Virus record (IMG/VR): IMGVR_UViG_3300031707_000001
Span: 124,001-188,000 of that record
Reading direction: 5' to 3' (one strand)
Length of the DNA: 64,000 nucleotides
The notes beneath the pieces were generated by a model. It was not told where the DNA came from. It saw only the letters and a program-made list of their open reading frames with translations, and made no database searches. Positions 38,174-47,726 of this stretch are shown here, piece after piece (positions within the stretch are counted from its first letter, which is position 1; the number at the start of each line of letters is the position of its first letter). Position numbers and translations under genes: made by a program.

Positions 38174-39924
38174 AAGAATATGCACCAGGAATTGTTAACA
38201 AGGAAAATTATGGGGATCCAACCCGAAGTCTTGAAGCCGGGCAGTTGGCCGATTATGTCCTTCAACACCATACCACACACCGACATCCTAATACGCCTCA
38301 TTTGGATTTACGCATAGGCACACCAGCGACGGGTATGCATTCGTGGGCAATTCCTAAGGCTAAACTTCCAACAGCCGACGAGAAAAATTTAGCTATACAA
38401 ACGCAAATCCATTCCCCCGGATACAATACATTTCAGGGAAGCATTCGTAGTGGCTACGGCGAAGGTTTTGTTCGAAGACAGGATTTAGGAAAAGCACTTT
38501 TAACGAAAGTAACCCCCAACAGCGTATCGTTCACCATTTCTCATACCAAAGTTCCGGTGCGATACTCTTTGATTAGAATGGGAACTCGGGACGGAAGAAA
38601 CGGAAGAGATTGGTTGCTTGTTCACAAAGCTATTCCAAAAACCGTTGAAGGCGTTGGAGACAAGCCCAAGTACAAACTTATTGAGGCGGTCGATTTAGAT
38701 GATGCGCTTGAGCAGGCAACTGAAGTACAGGAAAAAATAGATGGTGCTGGAGGGGTCTACGAAATTGGATCTAAAGGTGAAACCGAAGCCTATAGTGTTA
38801 ATCCCCGGAAAACGGGTGAGCCAATTGTTCATACTGAGCGTACGGGATTGACTGGCGTAAAATCTCCTGAGGCTTTGTCAGGTACGACTCTTAGAGGTGA
38901 AATCTATGCCACGGATCCAAAAGGAAAGGCTATTCCTTTTCAAGAGTTGAGCGGGATTTTGAACTCAACGATCGCTAAAGCAGTAGAAACACGCCGAGTC
39001 AAAAAGCTGAAGATGCAACACGCTATATTCGATATTATTAAACACAAAGGTAAGGACGTATCCCAATTGCCTTTTGAAGAACGTAAGTCCCTTTTGAAGG
39101 AAGTAGTACCGCAGTTACCGTCCGAACACTTTCATTCCCCGCTATCGGCCACGGAAGAAGAGGATAAGACCCGGATGTTGGAAGACATTCGTACCGGAAA
39201 AAATCCCCGAACTTCTGAAGGTATTATCATGCACCTTCCCGGTAATAAGGTGTGGAAGTACAAGTTTCGTCCCGAATCCCGGGGATACGTTACGGGTGTC
39301 TTTCCGGGCAAAGCCGGCCGTACGGGATTGCCTGGCGGCGTAACATTCTCGGAGACCCCAGGCGGTGAAGAACTAGGACACCTTGGCTCAGGTTTCACGG
39401 TAGATGAACTCAAAGATATTGCCAAGAACCTGGAAGCCTACAAGACCAAACCAATGCGAATCACGCACATGGGCAAGTTCCCAGCCGGTACGCTACGAGC
39501 GCCCGTGTTCAGCGGATGGGAGACCGATGTAAAGGAAAGTACTGATATGCGCATGAAGATTTCTCCTTTGGTACGTGCTTTTGTCAAACAGGCTTTGACG
39601 GCCACTACAAGCGGACAGACGGCCGATGCTACAACAGCACCGCAGGCTGGTTATGCCATGAAGCCTTACGGCGATCAAGGCTACGATGCTTCGTTAACGC
39701 CTCAACGGGATCTTGCCCGTACAGGCTCTCCTGGAGCGCAGATACAACCCGGTCCCGAGATCCAACCGTTCTACAATCCGGCAGCAAGACCCGGTGTACC
39801 TGCAGGCGTGGTAGCACGACCTGGGACGGGTACATTGACAGCCAGTGAATCCGGACAAGCCGGGCAGGTCAAGAAATTCCTGACACCAAAAGGTGGTCCA
39901 ATCGCTACAGCAACAGGAACCTAA
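38170..39924 (+). CDS. ATP-dependent DNA ligase fused to an N-terminal LigD-type 3'-phosphoesterase domain
   Basis: PE domain: Q.H.......HLDLR...SWAIPK...LAIQT..H...Y..F.G.I..GYG.G. Ligase motifs: EKIDG, RGEI, FDI, EGII, KYK, GSGFT, LRAPVF. Confidence 0.9.
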   Translation: MKEYAPGIVNKENYGDPTRSLEAGQLADYVLQHHTTHRHPNTPHLDLRIGTPATGMHSWAIPKAKLPTADEKNLAIQTQIHSPGYNTFQGSIRSGYGEGFVRRQDLGKALLTKVTPNSVSFTISHTKVPVRYSLIRMGTRDGRNGRDWLLVHKAIPKTVEGVGDKPKYKLIEAVDLDDALEQATEVQEKIDGAGGVYEIGSKGETEAYSVNPRKTGEPIVHTERTGLTGVKSPEALSGTTLRGEIYATDPKGKAIPFQELSGILNSTIAKAVETRRVKKLKMQHAIFDIIKHKGKDVSQLPFEERKSLLKEVVPQLPSEHFHSPLSATEEEDKTRMLEDIRTGKNPRTSEGIIMHLPGNKVWKYKFRPESRGYVTGVFPGKAGRTGLPGGVTFSETPGGEELGHLGSGFTVDELKDIAKNLEAYKTKPMRITHMGKFPAGTLRAPVFSGWETDVKESTDMRMKISPLVRAFVKQALTATTSGQTADATTAPQAGYAMKPYGDQGYDASLTPQRDLARTGSPGAQIQPGPEIQPFYNPAARPGVPAGVVARPGTGTLTASESGQAGQVKKFLTPKGGPIATATGT

Positions 39925-40319
39925 TGGACGAAGTTACATTACATTTTGTGGATAAGGCGGGCAATGTCAAAGCCGAAGTAGCTGCCGAGATTGCAGAAAC
40001 ACCAGCCGATCGGCGTATGGGGCTTTCCAAGCGAGCATTTCTTCCATCCGGTAGAGGCATGTTTTTTGACAAGGCTGGAGCCTTTTGGATGAAGGATGTC
40101 AACTTTCCATTGGACATCGTTTTCTTGGATAAGCAGGGAACCGTACTTGAGAAACAGCATATGCCACAGGTCGAAGAGCCTACAGCATTGAAGCCACTTT
40201 ATGTGTCTTCGTCCAAGGAAGCTGCACATGCTTTGGAACTGCCGGCTGGCTGGTTTGATCGTCAAGGTTTGGCTGTAGGAATGAAACTTAGGCCAGTAGA
40301 GAGCAGACTGGACAGATGA
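39924..40319 (+). CDS. DUF192-family protein
   Basis: EIAETP..R..GL..R..L....GM.F....FWMKDV.FPLDIVFLD...ALELPAG. Confidence 0.9.
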   Translation: MDEVTLHFVDKAGNVKAEVAAEIAETPADRRMGLSKRAFLPSGRGMFFDKAGAFWMKDVNFPLDIVFLDKQGTVLEKQHMPQVEEPTALKPLYVSSSKEAAHALELPAGWFDRQGLAVGMKLRPVESRLDR

Positions 40320-40337
40320 TAGAAGCTTTGATACTAT
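40309..40337 (+). promoter_or_regulatory. Sigma-70 promoter (extended -10) for the secreted-protein cassette
   Basis: TGGACA-17 nt-TACTAT with TGn. Confidence 0.6.
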
Positions 40338-40376
40338 GGGTTGAAATTGAGTACATTTTGATCAAGGAGAAAACAC

Positions 40377-40766
40377 ATGAATTGGAAGAATGGATTGACC
40401 TCGATAGTCGTTATGTTGGTGGCGTTTTCGATTACAGCATTTGCTCAAACTCCCAGCGGAAACCGGGTGAATAACAGCGAAACGATTTTGATGACCAACA
40501 ATACGGTGAGGATCACGTTGGCCCAGACAACACAACCGGTAAGTCCTGCCCAGGTTGAACTGACGTTCAAGGCTCCGGTAACTGCTACCTTCACCTTCAA
40601 CTATGAGCGTGGGGCTTACACCAATATGGTGATCAACAGGACCCTTACAAACCTGGTAACGTATATTTGGAACTGCCCTCGGGATTTGAAGCTGGTGGGA
40701 AACGATACACTGGTATTCACCAAGTCTGTCAGTGATCGGGCTCAGTTAACGATCAATTGGAAGTAA
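40377..40766 (+). CDS. Small exported beta-rich protein
   Basis: Signal peptide MNWKNGLTSIVVMLVAFSITAFA-Q; AAGGAG RBS. Confidence 0.75.
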   Translation: MNWKNGLTSIVVMLVAFSITAFAQTPSGNRVNNSETILMTNNTVRITLAQTTQPVSPAQVELTFKAPVTATFTFNYERGAYTNMVINRTLTNLVTYIWNCPRDLKLVGNDTLVFTKSVSDRAQLTINWK

Positions 40767-40779
40767 GGAGACAGTATTC

Positions 40780-43068
40780 ATGAAGAAACTGATTCATGTG
40801 TTTTTCGGTTTGTTGTTGGCGGTACTGCCTCTTGCAGCCCAAGAGATTGATAACGGAGCGCCGGTATACGTCGTTGAGATTATCAATGGCGTTCCGTATT
40901 TATCTGGCGCCGGCGGAGGTGGAGGCACCCCGGTCGATCTTACACCATATCTAAAGAAAGACGGTACAATCGCTTATACGGCCGATCAGAACGGCGGCGG
41001 ATTTGGAATTACCAATCTTGGGGCATTGATACCGTTTGGAAGCAATACTGTAAACTTGGGATCGCTGCTACATCCATGGGGAAGCATATATGCAAGCGGG
41101 CATACCATCTATTTGGACGGCATTCCAATGCTTTCGGTATCGAACAGTCAATTAGTTGTAGCATATCCAGTAGCCTCCAGCAATGGAACAACCTACACGA
41201 CAACAGTTGATCTTAGTGGTTTGTCCAATCAAGTTGCAGCCATAGAGGCTCGTACTAACGCCTGGAATACTGGATCCGCTGAAGGCAACTATGCTTCGAA
41301 CTGGATCGGTACGTATGGACCAGTTTTGGCCAGCACAAGTTATGTTGATAATGCTGTGTCCGGATATGCGCCCACCTCATCGATCAATGGAGTCTCTGGG
41401 CGTGTTTCTGCAATCGAAAGCAAAACCAATGACTGGAATACAGCTTATGGTTGGGGCAACCATGCTGTTGCAGGATACGCCGGTACAGGATCTGTGAACG
41501 CCGTTTCGGCGAGAGTTGGTACGATTGAAAGCAAAACCAATGACTGGAATGCTGTCTATTCCTGGATGCAGTCCAATTCTAATGGTTTGAGTTTTGTATT
41601 TTCTCAAACCAACTCGTGGACAGTAGGCGCCTCAGCGGGTAACTATGCATCCAATTGGATCGCAGTCTGGAGTCCAACTCTTGCCAGTACAAACTTTGTT
41701 ACTGATCTTTTGACTGGCTATGCTTCGACCTCAACGGTAAATGCGGTTTCTAGTAGGGTCGGAACCATCGAGGGACAAACTAACGCTTGGAATACAGCTA
41801 CAGCTTATGTAGCAGCAAAGTCGAATAACTGGGATACGGCGTATAACCATCTTTCAACCTTGTTTGCTGGATCGGGTACTACTGGCAATGTAACAAGTGC
41901 CACTGCCAATACCAACCAATACCTTCGTGGCGACGGTACCTGGCAGACTGTTGCAGCCTCAGGGGCTGGCGATGTTTTCAAGGGTAGTAACAATACCTAC
42001 TCTGCCGGAACAACTCAGTCCATGCCATATGCGATTATCAATAACGGATTGGAAGTGTATGGGAACACAATTCATACAAATTGTGGAGTTAGTTTGGGCT
42101 CTACAGATACAACCAAGGCCAAATTTTATGTCAATGGCGAGAGCGGAGCATATACAAACAAGCCTCTTGTCTGGTTCAATAGGAGTGCAGCGGCTACAGG
42201 CCCTATCTTGCAGTGGGGAACCAATGGTGTCCTTCTTGGGAGTATTGATGTGAATGGAAGCGTCTCTGTTCCATCAATAGGTATCTCAAACAATCTTACA
42301 CTCGGTGGGGTTACAGTGAGTTCCTTCTCGACGAACACTCCGATCTTTGCGGATGGCTCCCAGCCATTCAACGCCACTATGAATGCTGGAACTTTCGGAG
42401 TAACGAATCTTGGCACATTGCTTCCATTTGGCAGTAATACCTGTGATCTTGGAAGTGCCGCTCTTCCGTGGAGAAATGCGTATTACGTTTCGCATACGAT
42501 CTATATGGGCGGGTGGCCTATTTCTGTTGACGATGGCACCGGAAAACTCCTTGTACCGGGAGTTCAGTATTCTGCTCCACAATACACTATAAAGTCTGTG
42601 GCCGCTTCTGATATGATGCTTCGTGGTGCCGCTACTGATCCTGCATGGGATGGGCTCAAGGTTCGTATGACCTTCTCTGGGACGAATCTGAACGGGGTGA
42701 GTTTCATTTGCGATCTTCCGCAGTACAGTCCCGAAACCGATATAGTTCCGTTGATCTTGTGGGAAGGAAATGATGTGAATGTTTCCAATGTAATCTGGCA
42801 GATGGATTACATCTGGCGCAATATAGGTGATATTTCTACCTATGGAGATTGGACTACGCTTGCTGTGACTAATGTCAATCCTGCTTTGAAATGGCAATCT
42901 AAGGTATCCCGTTTTCCGACGGTTTCGGGAGCAGGGAAGAATAAGAATTCTGTCATTCAAATCAGACTGCAACGCCGTGGTGACTTGGACGATAACAACG
43001 ATACTGCGAGTCTTCTTTTCTTCGGGCTTAGGTATGCAATCCAAGCCACAGGTGAGGATGCACAATAA
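40780..43068 (+). CDS. Tail-fibre-like protein with a Sec signal peptide
   Basis: MKKLIHVFFGLLLAVLPLAA-Q; fibre motifs YLKKDG...ITNLG, P..SNT.DLGS...W (twice), TAYGWGNHA.AGY, YLRGDGTW. Confidence 0.75.
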   Translation: MKKLIHVFFGLLLAVLPLAAQEIDNGAPVYVVEIINGVPYLSGAGGGGGTPVDLTPYLKKDGTIAYTADQNGGGFGITNLGALIPFGSNTVNLGSLLHPWGSIYASGHTIYLDGIPMLSVSNSQLVVAYPVASSNGTTYTTTVDLSGLSNQVAAIEARTNAWNTGSAEGNYASNWIGTYGPVLASTSYVDNAVSGYAPTSSINGVSGRVSAIESKTNDWNTAYGWGNHAVAGYAGTGSVNAVSARVGTIESKTNDWNAVYSWMQSNSNGLSFVFSQTNSWTVGASAGNYASNWIAVWSPTLASTNFVTDLLTGYASTSTVNAVSSRVGTIEGQTNAWNTATAYVAAKSNNWDTAYNHLSTLFAGSGTTGNVTSATANTNQYLRGDGTWQTVAASGAGDVFKGSNNTYSAGTTQSMPYAIINNGLEVYGNTIHTNCGVSLGSTDTTKAKFYVNGESGAYTNKPLVWFNRSAAATGPILQWGTNGVLLGSIDVNGSVSVPSIGISNNLTLGGVTVSSFSTNTPIFADGSQPFNATMNAGTFGVTNLGTLLPFGSNTCDLGSAALPWRNAYYVSHTIYMGGWPISVDDGTGKLLVPGVQYSAPQYTIKSVAASDMMLRGAATDPAWDGLKVRMTFSGTNLNGVSFICDLPQYSPETDIVPLILWEGNDVNVSNVIWQMDYIWRNIGDISTYGDWTTLAVTNVNPALKWQSKVSRFPTVSGAGKNKNSVIQIRLQRRGDLDDNNDTASLLFFGLRYAIQATGEDAQ
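41416..41550 (+). repeat. 24-bp direct repeat within coding repeats
   Basis: GAAAGCAAAACCAATGACTGGAAT at 41416-41439 and 41527-41550. Confidence 0.85.
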
Positions 43069-46000
43069 TGAGATTTCTAACTTCTGTTGTGATGCTCCTT
43101 GGGCTATCCCTGTGTGCGTCAGCGGTTGATTACACATGGGACGGTGGCAATACTGCTGGTTATCAGTGGACCGCTCCTACCAACTGGAATCTGGACGCTG
43201 GTGCTCCCACTACTACGGCAGACAGGGCAATTTTTAACACTACAGGAACCACTAAGAATCCTACCGTTGATGTAAATATTGCTTTGGATGAATTTGTAGT
43301 TGGTGGAACTACGGGTTGGACGTGGTATCGGATAGGTGATATTACAAGTTTGGATATGCTTACCTACGGAAGCAGTGGAAGTTCCACAATGAATCCCGCT
43401 ATCACCGGGAAACGTCTTCTTGTAACTAACGGTATTCTCACTTTGAATGCTTCCAACAACTTTTCTGATACCGTTACGTTTCTGGCTGGTTCTGTTGTAT
43501 TAGGTACATCAGGTCAGATTGGAACAAATACTCCAATTCATATGGACGGATTTAGTGTATTGACGCTGAATTCTAGTAATAACTGGTATTCTTCTCAAAC
43601 TACTACAGTAGATTCTGTCATTGGCGGAACGGGCACGATAGAGTTGAAGTATAATGGAGCACCCATTCCTGTCTCAACAAATTCGTCTGGTGTTGTATCT
43701 GTTAATCAGGTCTCGTATAGCTATCCTCTTGATCTTGCATCAATTGGTATGATGTATCTCGGTTCCACAAATTTAGGAACCAATACTGCAACCAGTCTTG
43801 GAGTGGGTTCCGATGGAAACTATAGGATAGGCGCAGGTGGTGGAACAATAGCATTTGATTCTGCGGGTAGTGATCTAGGCGTGTTTACAGGAGCATGTAA
43901 TCTTGTTGTTGGAAGAAACGGTGGTGGAGTTAAGTATACAGGAACAGCCGTGCTGTCCGATTCCAATACCTTCTCTGGAACGATAATTGTCAATCGGGGA
44001 AGCACTCTAACAGGGTTGGCAATGACCAACAATAGTGGAGGTAGTCCCTTTGGAGCCACTAATGGAGTAGTCACGCTCAATTCGGGGGTTCTTAAATTGT
44101 CTCGTGGGTCGGCTACTACTATCAGACAACCTGTTGTTAAAGGAGCCATGAATCTTACTGGAGGTTCTACTGTTTATCTGGATGGAAATCATGCCACGGC
44201 AAATGTTCAGATCACTTTCGATTCAATTACGAAAGACCCCATATATGATTCTGCTCTGACAATTCAATATGTCAGTGCTCTTGGAACAAAGGAGAGATTT
44301 TTTGTCAATACTGGGGATTCGTATATCACAAACGATGCTCAGGGCATGATAAACGCTATGTATGTTGGGCTACAGGGAACTACCCTTTATTATCCTCTTA
44401 CCAGAAGTGGAGCATCTTCTCCTTACGAACTATTGACAACAAACTATACTTATACGACAGGGGCCGCTAGTCCATTCTCTAATTCTATACCTACAAGTAT
44501 TGTTTTGGTGTCTAATGCTGGAGGTTATAGTCCAGAACTTATTTACGGCCAAACGATCACGAATTGGGCAACAGCTTTTGCTTGGAATGGTCATTGGAAC
44601 TCGTCTGCTGGTTCAACTATAGTAATTCAAAGTGGTTTATTGATATACGAATATTCAGGTGGTCCTAGCTTCCGGTCCAACTTGGATTTTTCACTTGCAT
44701 CTCAGGGTAGAATAGTTACGATGTCTGGTGGAACCCTTAATGCACTTGGGAATATTACTTCTCCATATCTTGTAAAATCAGGACCGGGAGGACTTAGTCT
44801 GGGTTCGGCAGCTCCGGGACATACGGGGATCAATGGAAAGCTATTAGTTTCTGAAGGTCTTGTGGAATTTGATCAGATTGGAGGAGCCGATTTCTTTTCA
44901 AACATACCTAATGCAACCAATCTAATTTTAACCGGCGGAAGTATAGCTTGTACTGCGGGAAGATGTAGTTTCCAAACAAACATTACTGTCATAATAGGTC
45001 CAACCGGAGGAACTATCACATCTGGTGACTATATGTCATTTTATGGAAAGGTTACTGGTCCCGGTTTGATGTGTTGGAATGGACTTGCCGGTAAAGAGTT
45101 AAGATTTAGGGGTGTGGGTAACGATTGGTCTGGTGGTTTGTATGCTAGTTTAGGGATTGTCACTGTTTATGATGGAAGTAGTTTAGGAAGTGGTCCTATA
45201 AGAATGGCTGCTGGAACTACACTTAATGTCAGAACCAATCTGGATATTTCTTCTCTTCGAGGCAGGGGTGCTGTAGTGATTGGAAATGATGTGGCTACTG
45301 GAACTAAATATCTGACCGTCGGAAGCGGAAACACGGACGATAACTTTCCGGGTGTCATAAGCGATCAAGCATCTACTAGAAATGGATCGTTGATTAAAAC
45401 GGGAACAGGGACTATGACATTATGGGGACCGAATACCTTTACTGGCGGAACAACAATCAATGGGGGAATTCTGGCTGTTACAGGATTCTCCTTGCATGAT
45501 ACGGGTACGGTAACTGTTGCTGGTGGAACTTTGAGTATGATTGATAGTGAGACTGTTGGGAATGTAACTTTGAATTCTGGTTCAATTACTGGAAATAGTA
45601 CATTAACTACTGGAAATTTATATCTCAATCAAGGGACAGTAGATTCTATTCTCTCTACCGCATCTAACTTCGTGAAGAACACTTCGGGAACTGTTACGCT
45701 GAACAAAGCGAATACATTTTCCGGGTCGGCAATCATCACAAACGGATTGTTGCTCGTCCAAGGAAGCATTGGTGCAGGCACAACACTTACAAACTATATG
45801 GGCACACTTGGCGGGACTGGGACTGTGTATCGTCATGTTGAAATGATGCCGGGAAGCTATCTTACACCCGGAGCTTCGATTGGAACGATTACTGTTAGCA
45901 ATTTGAACTTTGAAGTGGGCAGCACTGTGGACTTTGAATTGGCGACAACGAATGCAAGTGACTTTGTTCAAGTCAATGGATTGCTGGGGTTGGGTGGCAA

Positions 46001-46238
46001 TATTCGAGTTGTGCCGTCAACGGGATTCGGATATGGAGTATATCCGCTCTTTGGATATACAACGATCACAACGAATCAAGCACCGAGGATTATCACGCCT
46101 GCCGGGTATGCAGGAACTTTGAGCACTGACGATTCCGCCAAGAAGGTATATTTGACAATAGGTTCTGACGCTCTTCGACCTGTCAAGTCGGGAACGTCTT
46201 TACTTTTGAAATCGGGTAAGATATTGTTGAGTAAGTAG
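43068..46238 (+). CDS. Exported beta-helical adhesin with autotransporter-associated beta-strand repeats, no translocator barrel
   Basis: Signal peptide; TWDGG....W....NW start; LIKTGTGTMTLWGPNTFTGGTTINGG and FVKNTSGTVTLNKANTFSG repeats; GTLGGTG...LTPGASIGT. Confidence 0.85.
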   Translation: MRFLTSVVMLLGLSLCASAVDYTWDGGNTAGYQWTAPTNWNLDAGAPTTTADRAIFNTTGTTKNPTVDVNIALDEFVVGGTTGWTWYRIGDITSLDMLTYGSSGSSTMNPAITGKRLLVTNGILTLNASNNFSDTVTFLAGSVVLGTSGQIGTNTPIHMDGFSVLTLNSSNNWYSSQTTTVDSVIGGTGTIELKYNGAPIPVSTNSSGVVSVNQVSYSYPLDLASIGMMYLGSTNLGTNTATSLGVGSDGNYRIGAGGGTIAFDSAGSDLGVFTGACNLVVGRNGGGVKYTGTAVLSDSNTFSGTIIVNRGSTLTGLAMTNNSGGSPFGATNGVVTLNSGVLKLSRGSATTIRQPVVKGAMNLTGGSTVYLDGNHATANVQITFDSITKDPIYDSALTIQYVSALGTKERFFVNTGDSYITNDAQGMINAMYVGLQGTTLYYPLTRSGASSPYELLTTNYTYTTGAASPFSNSIPTSIVLVSNAGGYSPELIYGQTITNWATAFAWNGHWNSSAGSTIVIQSGLLIYEYSGGPSFRSNLDFSLASQGRIVTMSGGTLNALGNITSPYLVKSGPGGLSLGSAAPGHTGINGKLLVSEGLVEFDQIGGADFFSNIPNATNLILTGGSIACTAGRCSFQTNITVIIGPTGGTITSGDYMSFYGKVTGPGLMCWNGLAGKELRFRGVGNDWSGGLYASLGIVTVYDGSSLGSGPIRMAAGTTLNVRTNLDISSLRGRGAVVIGNDVATGTKYLTVGSGNTDDNFPGVISDQASTRNGSLIKTGTGTMTLWGPNTFTGGTTINGGILAVTGFSLHDTGTVTVAGGTLSMIDSETVGNVTLNSGSITGNSTLTTGNLYLNQGTVDSILSTASNFVKNTSGTVTLNKANTFSGSAIITNGLLLVQGSIGAGTTLTNYMGTLGGTGTVYRHVEMMPGSYLTPGASIGTITVSNLNFEVGSTVDFELATTNASDFVQVNGLLGLGGNIRVVPSTGFGYGVYPLFGYTTITTNQAPRIITPAGYAGTLSTDDSAKKVYLTIGSDALRPVKSGTSLLLKSGKILLSK

Positions 46239-46253
46239 TGAAAGGATAAAGCA

Positions 46254-46412
46254 ATGAGAATTCTGTCTGTTCTGCTCGTAATTGTAATGGGTGCCTTTCT
46301 GATGGGTTGTGCTGGAACTAAATCGGCCGATAGTAAAGCGGGCCCGAAGAGTCCGGCAAAGATGATGGTAAAAGATACACGTCCTCGTCCGCTTCCGGCC
46401 GGCATAAAGTAA
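46254..46412 (+). CDS. 52-aa lipoprotein
   Basis: MRILSVLLVIVMGAFLMG-CAGTK... has a lipobox; AAGGA RBS; not in the ORF track. Confidence 0.75.
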   Translation: MRILSVLLVIVMGAFLMGCAGTKSADSKAGPKSPAKMMVKDTRPRPLPAGIK

Positions 46413-46430
46413 CATCGAATGGGGGTTCTT

Positions 46431-47726
46431 ATGTGGAAATGGTTGCAGAATCTTATTGATCAGATTTCCAAATGGATCAAGCCGAAGCCCACACCAACAC
46501 CTCCGGCGCCAGACAACCCTTCGCAACTCAGAGGTTACGGTATGGTTTGTCATTGGATGACGCTACCTGATTTTATAGCCTTCGCAAAGGCCATAAAGGA
46601 TAGTGGTTGCAACTGTACCTCCATAGAACTGTTCGGCAGGGAAGAGGATAGTTGGATCAACCGCCAGGACTTCTTGAAACAGCAACTGTCTAATCTCCTT
46701 ACTGCGTGTCGAGCCAACGGCATAACGCTATTCGTCAATATGGTAAACTGGGGTAGTGGTAGTTTGACAAGCCAACCTGATACGTGGTTTCAAGGATGGT
46801 TGGATTTCATCAAGCAATTGGGGCCCGACAAATTGATTGTCCAGGCTGCCGCAGAGTGGCATGATGGCAAGGCTGCTGCGTGGTGTCAAATGGCTGAGTC
46901 GACCTTGTCCGGCTTTAAGCTGTCCTGGAATCAAGGATCCAGGCCTTCTACAGCTTCTGCCAAGTACGCTTACATCGACTATCATTCAGCTTCCATAGGT
47001 GATTACGGAGTGTCGAATAAACGCATAATCTGCAACACCGATAGTGGAATACTTACCGAGATGGAGAATGGTGGCATAATGGGGCAGACGTTTATACCTG
47101 AGAAAGTCACACAATTTGCGACTGGCGCTCTGGCCCAGGGCAAGTCTGTCAACTTGTACGGGTACAATCATAAGAGCCTTGATGTCGAAGCAGTAAAGAC
47201 TTTGGGAAAAGTTGGAAATCCTAATCCAACGCCAACTCCGACCCCGAGTCCGGACGGATTTGTCTTTGGACAGAATTGCATTTGGCTGGGAGACATACCT
47301 TGCTCTAAAGACGCACAAGTAGCGCCCAATGCGAAGATACTAACTGCAAATGCTTCAAATACGAGCTATGTCAATCTTACATACGCTTCCGAGGCTAGTC
47401 AGCAGTGGTGGAAGCCTTACGACCAGTTTTGCTACGGACCACACGGGGCTCAATACAAAGCAGCCGACGGTAATTGGTACGCCGGTCGTGCTGATTGGTT
47501 TCCTATACAGTTGAGAAACAAGATTGAGATAGGGAACTATTGGAAGAGTGATACGCCATTTAAGGATCATCCCCCTGTAGTCGGCAATCCTTTCTACTTC
47601 TTTGTGTATTCGTCCGACGGGAAAAATCGATCTACAGCCATACAAGTTGTATGGAAACTGGGATTCTTCCGCTCCATATGGCGGAGATTGAAGACAACGA
47701 ATAAGAAGATGCGAGGTATTAAATGA
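46431..47726 (+). CDS. Putative glycoside-hydrolase-like protein with Pro/Thr linkers
   Basis: TIM-barrel-like alternating pattern (ACRANGITLFVNM...AAEW...YIDYH...NTD), two PT linkers, amphipathic termini. Confidence 0.45.
   Translation: MWKWLQNLIDQISKWIKPKPTPTPPAPDNPSQLRGYGMVCHWMTLPDFIAFAKAIKDSGCNCTSIELFGREEDSWINRQDFLKQQLSNLLTACRANGITLFVNMVNWGSGSLTSQPDTWFQGWLDFIKQLGPDKLIVQAAAEWHDGKAAAWCQMAESTLSGFKLSWNQGSRPSTASAKYAYIDYHSASIGDYGVSNKRIICNTDSGILTEMENGGIMGQTFIPEKVTQFATGALAQGKSVNLYGYNHKSLDVEAVKTLGKVGNPNPTPTPTPSPDGFVFGQNCIWLGDIPCSKDAQVAPNAKILTANASNTSYVNLTYASEASQQWWKPYDQFCYGPHGAQYKAADGNWYAGRADWFPIQLRNKIEIGNYWKSDTPFKDHPPVVGNPFYFFVYSSDGKNRSTAIQVVWKLGFFRSIWRRLKTTNKKMRGIK

Noticed and set aside
42286-43137. 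Long antisense ORFs (also 2606-3343, 20752-21399, 56441-57190)
   Set aside because: They shadow well-supported plus-strand genes and show no recognisable motifs.
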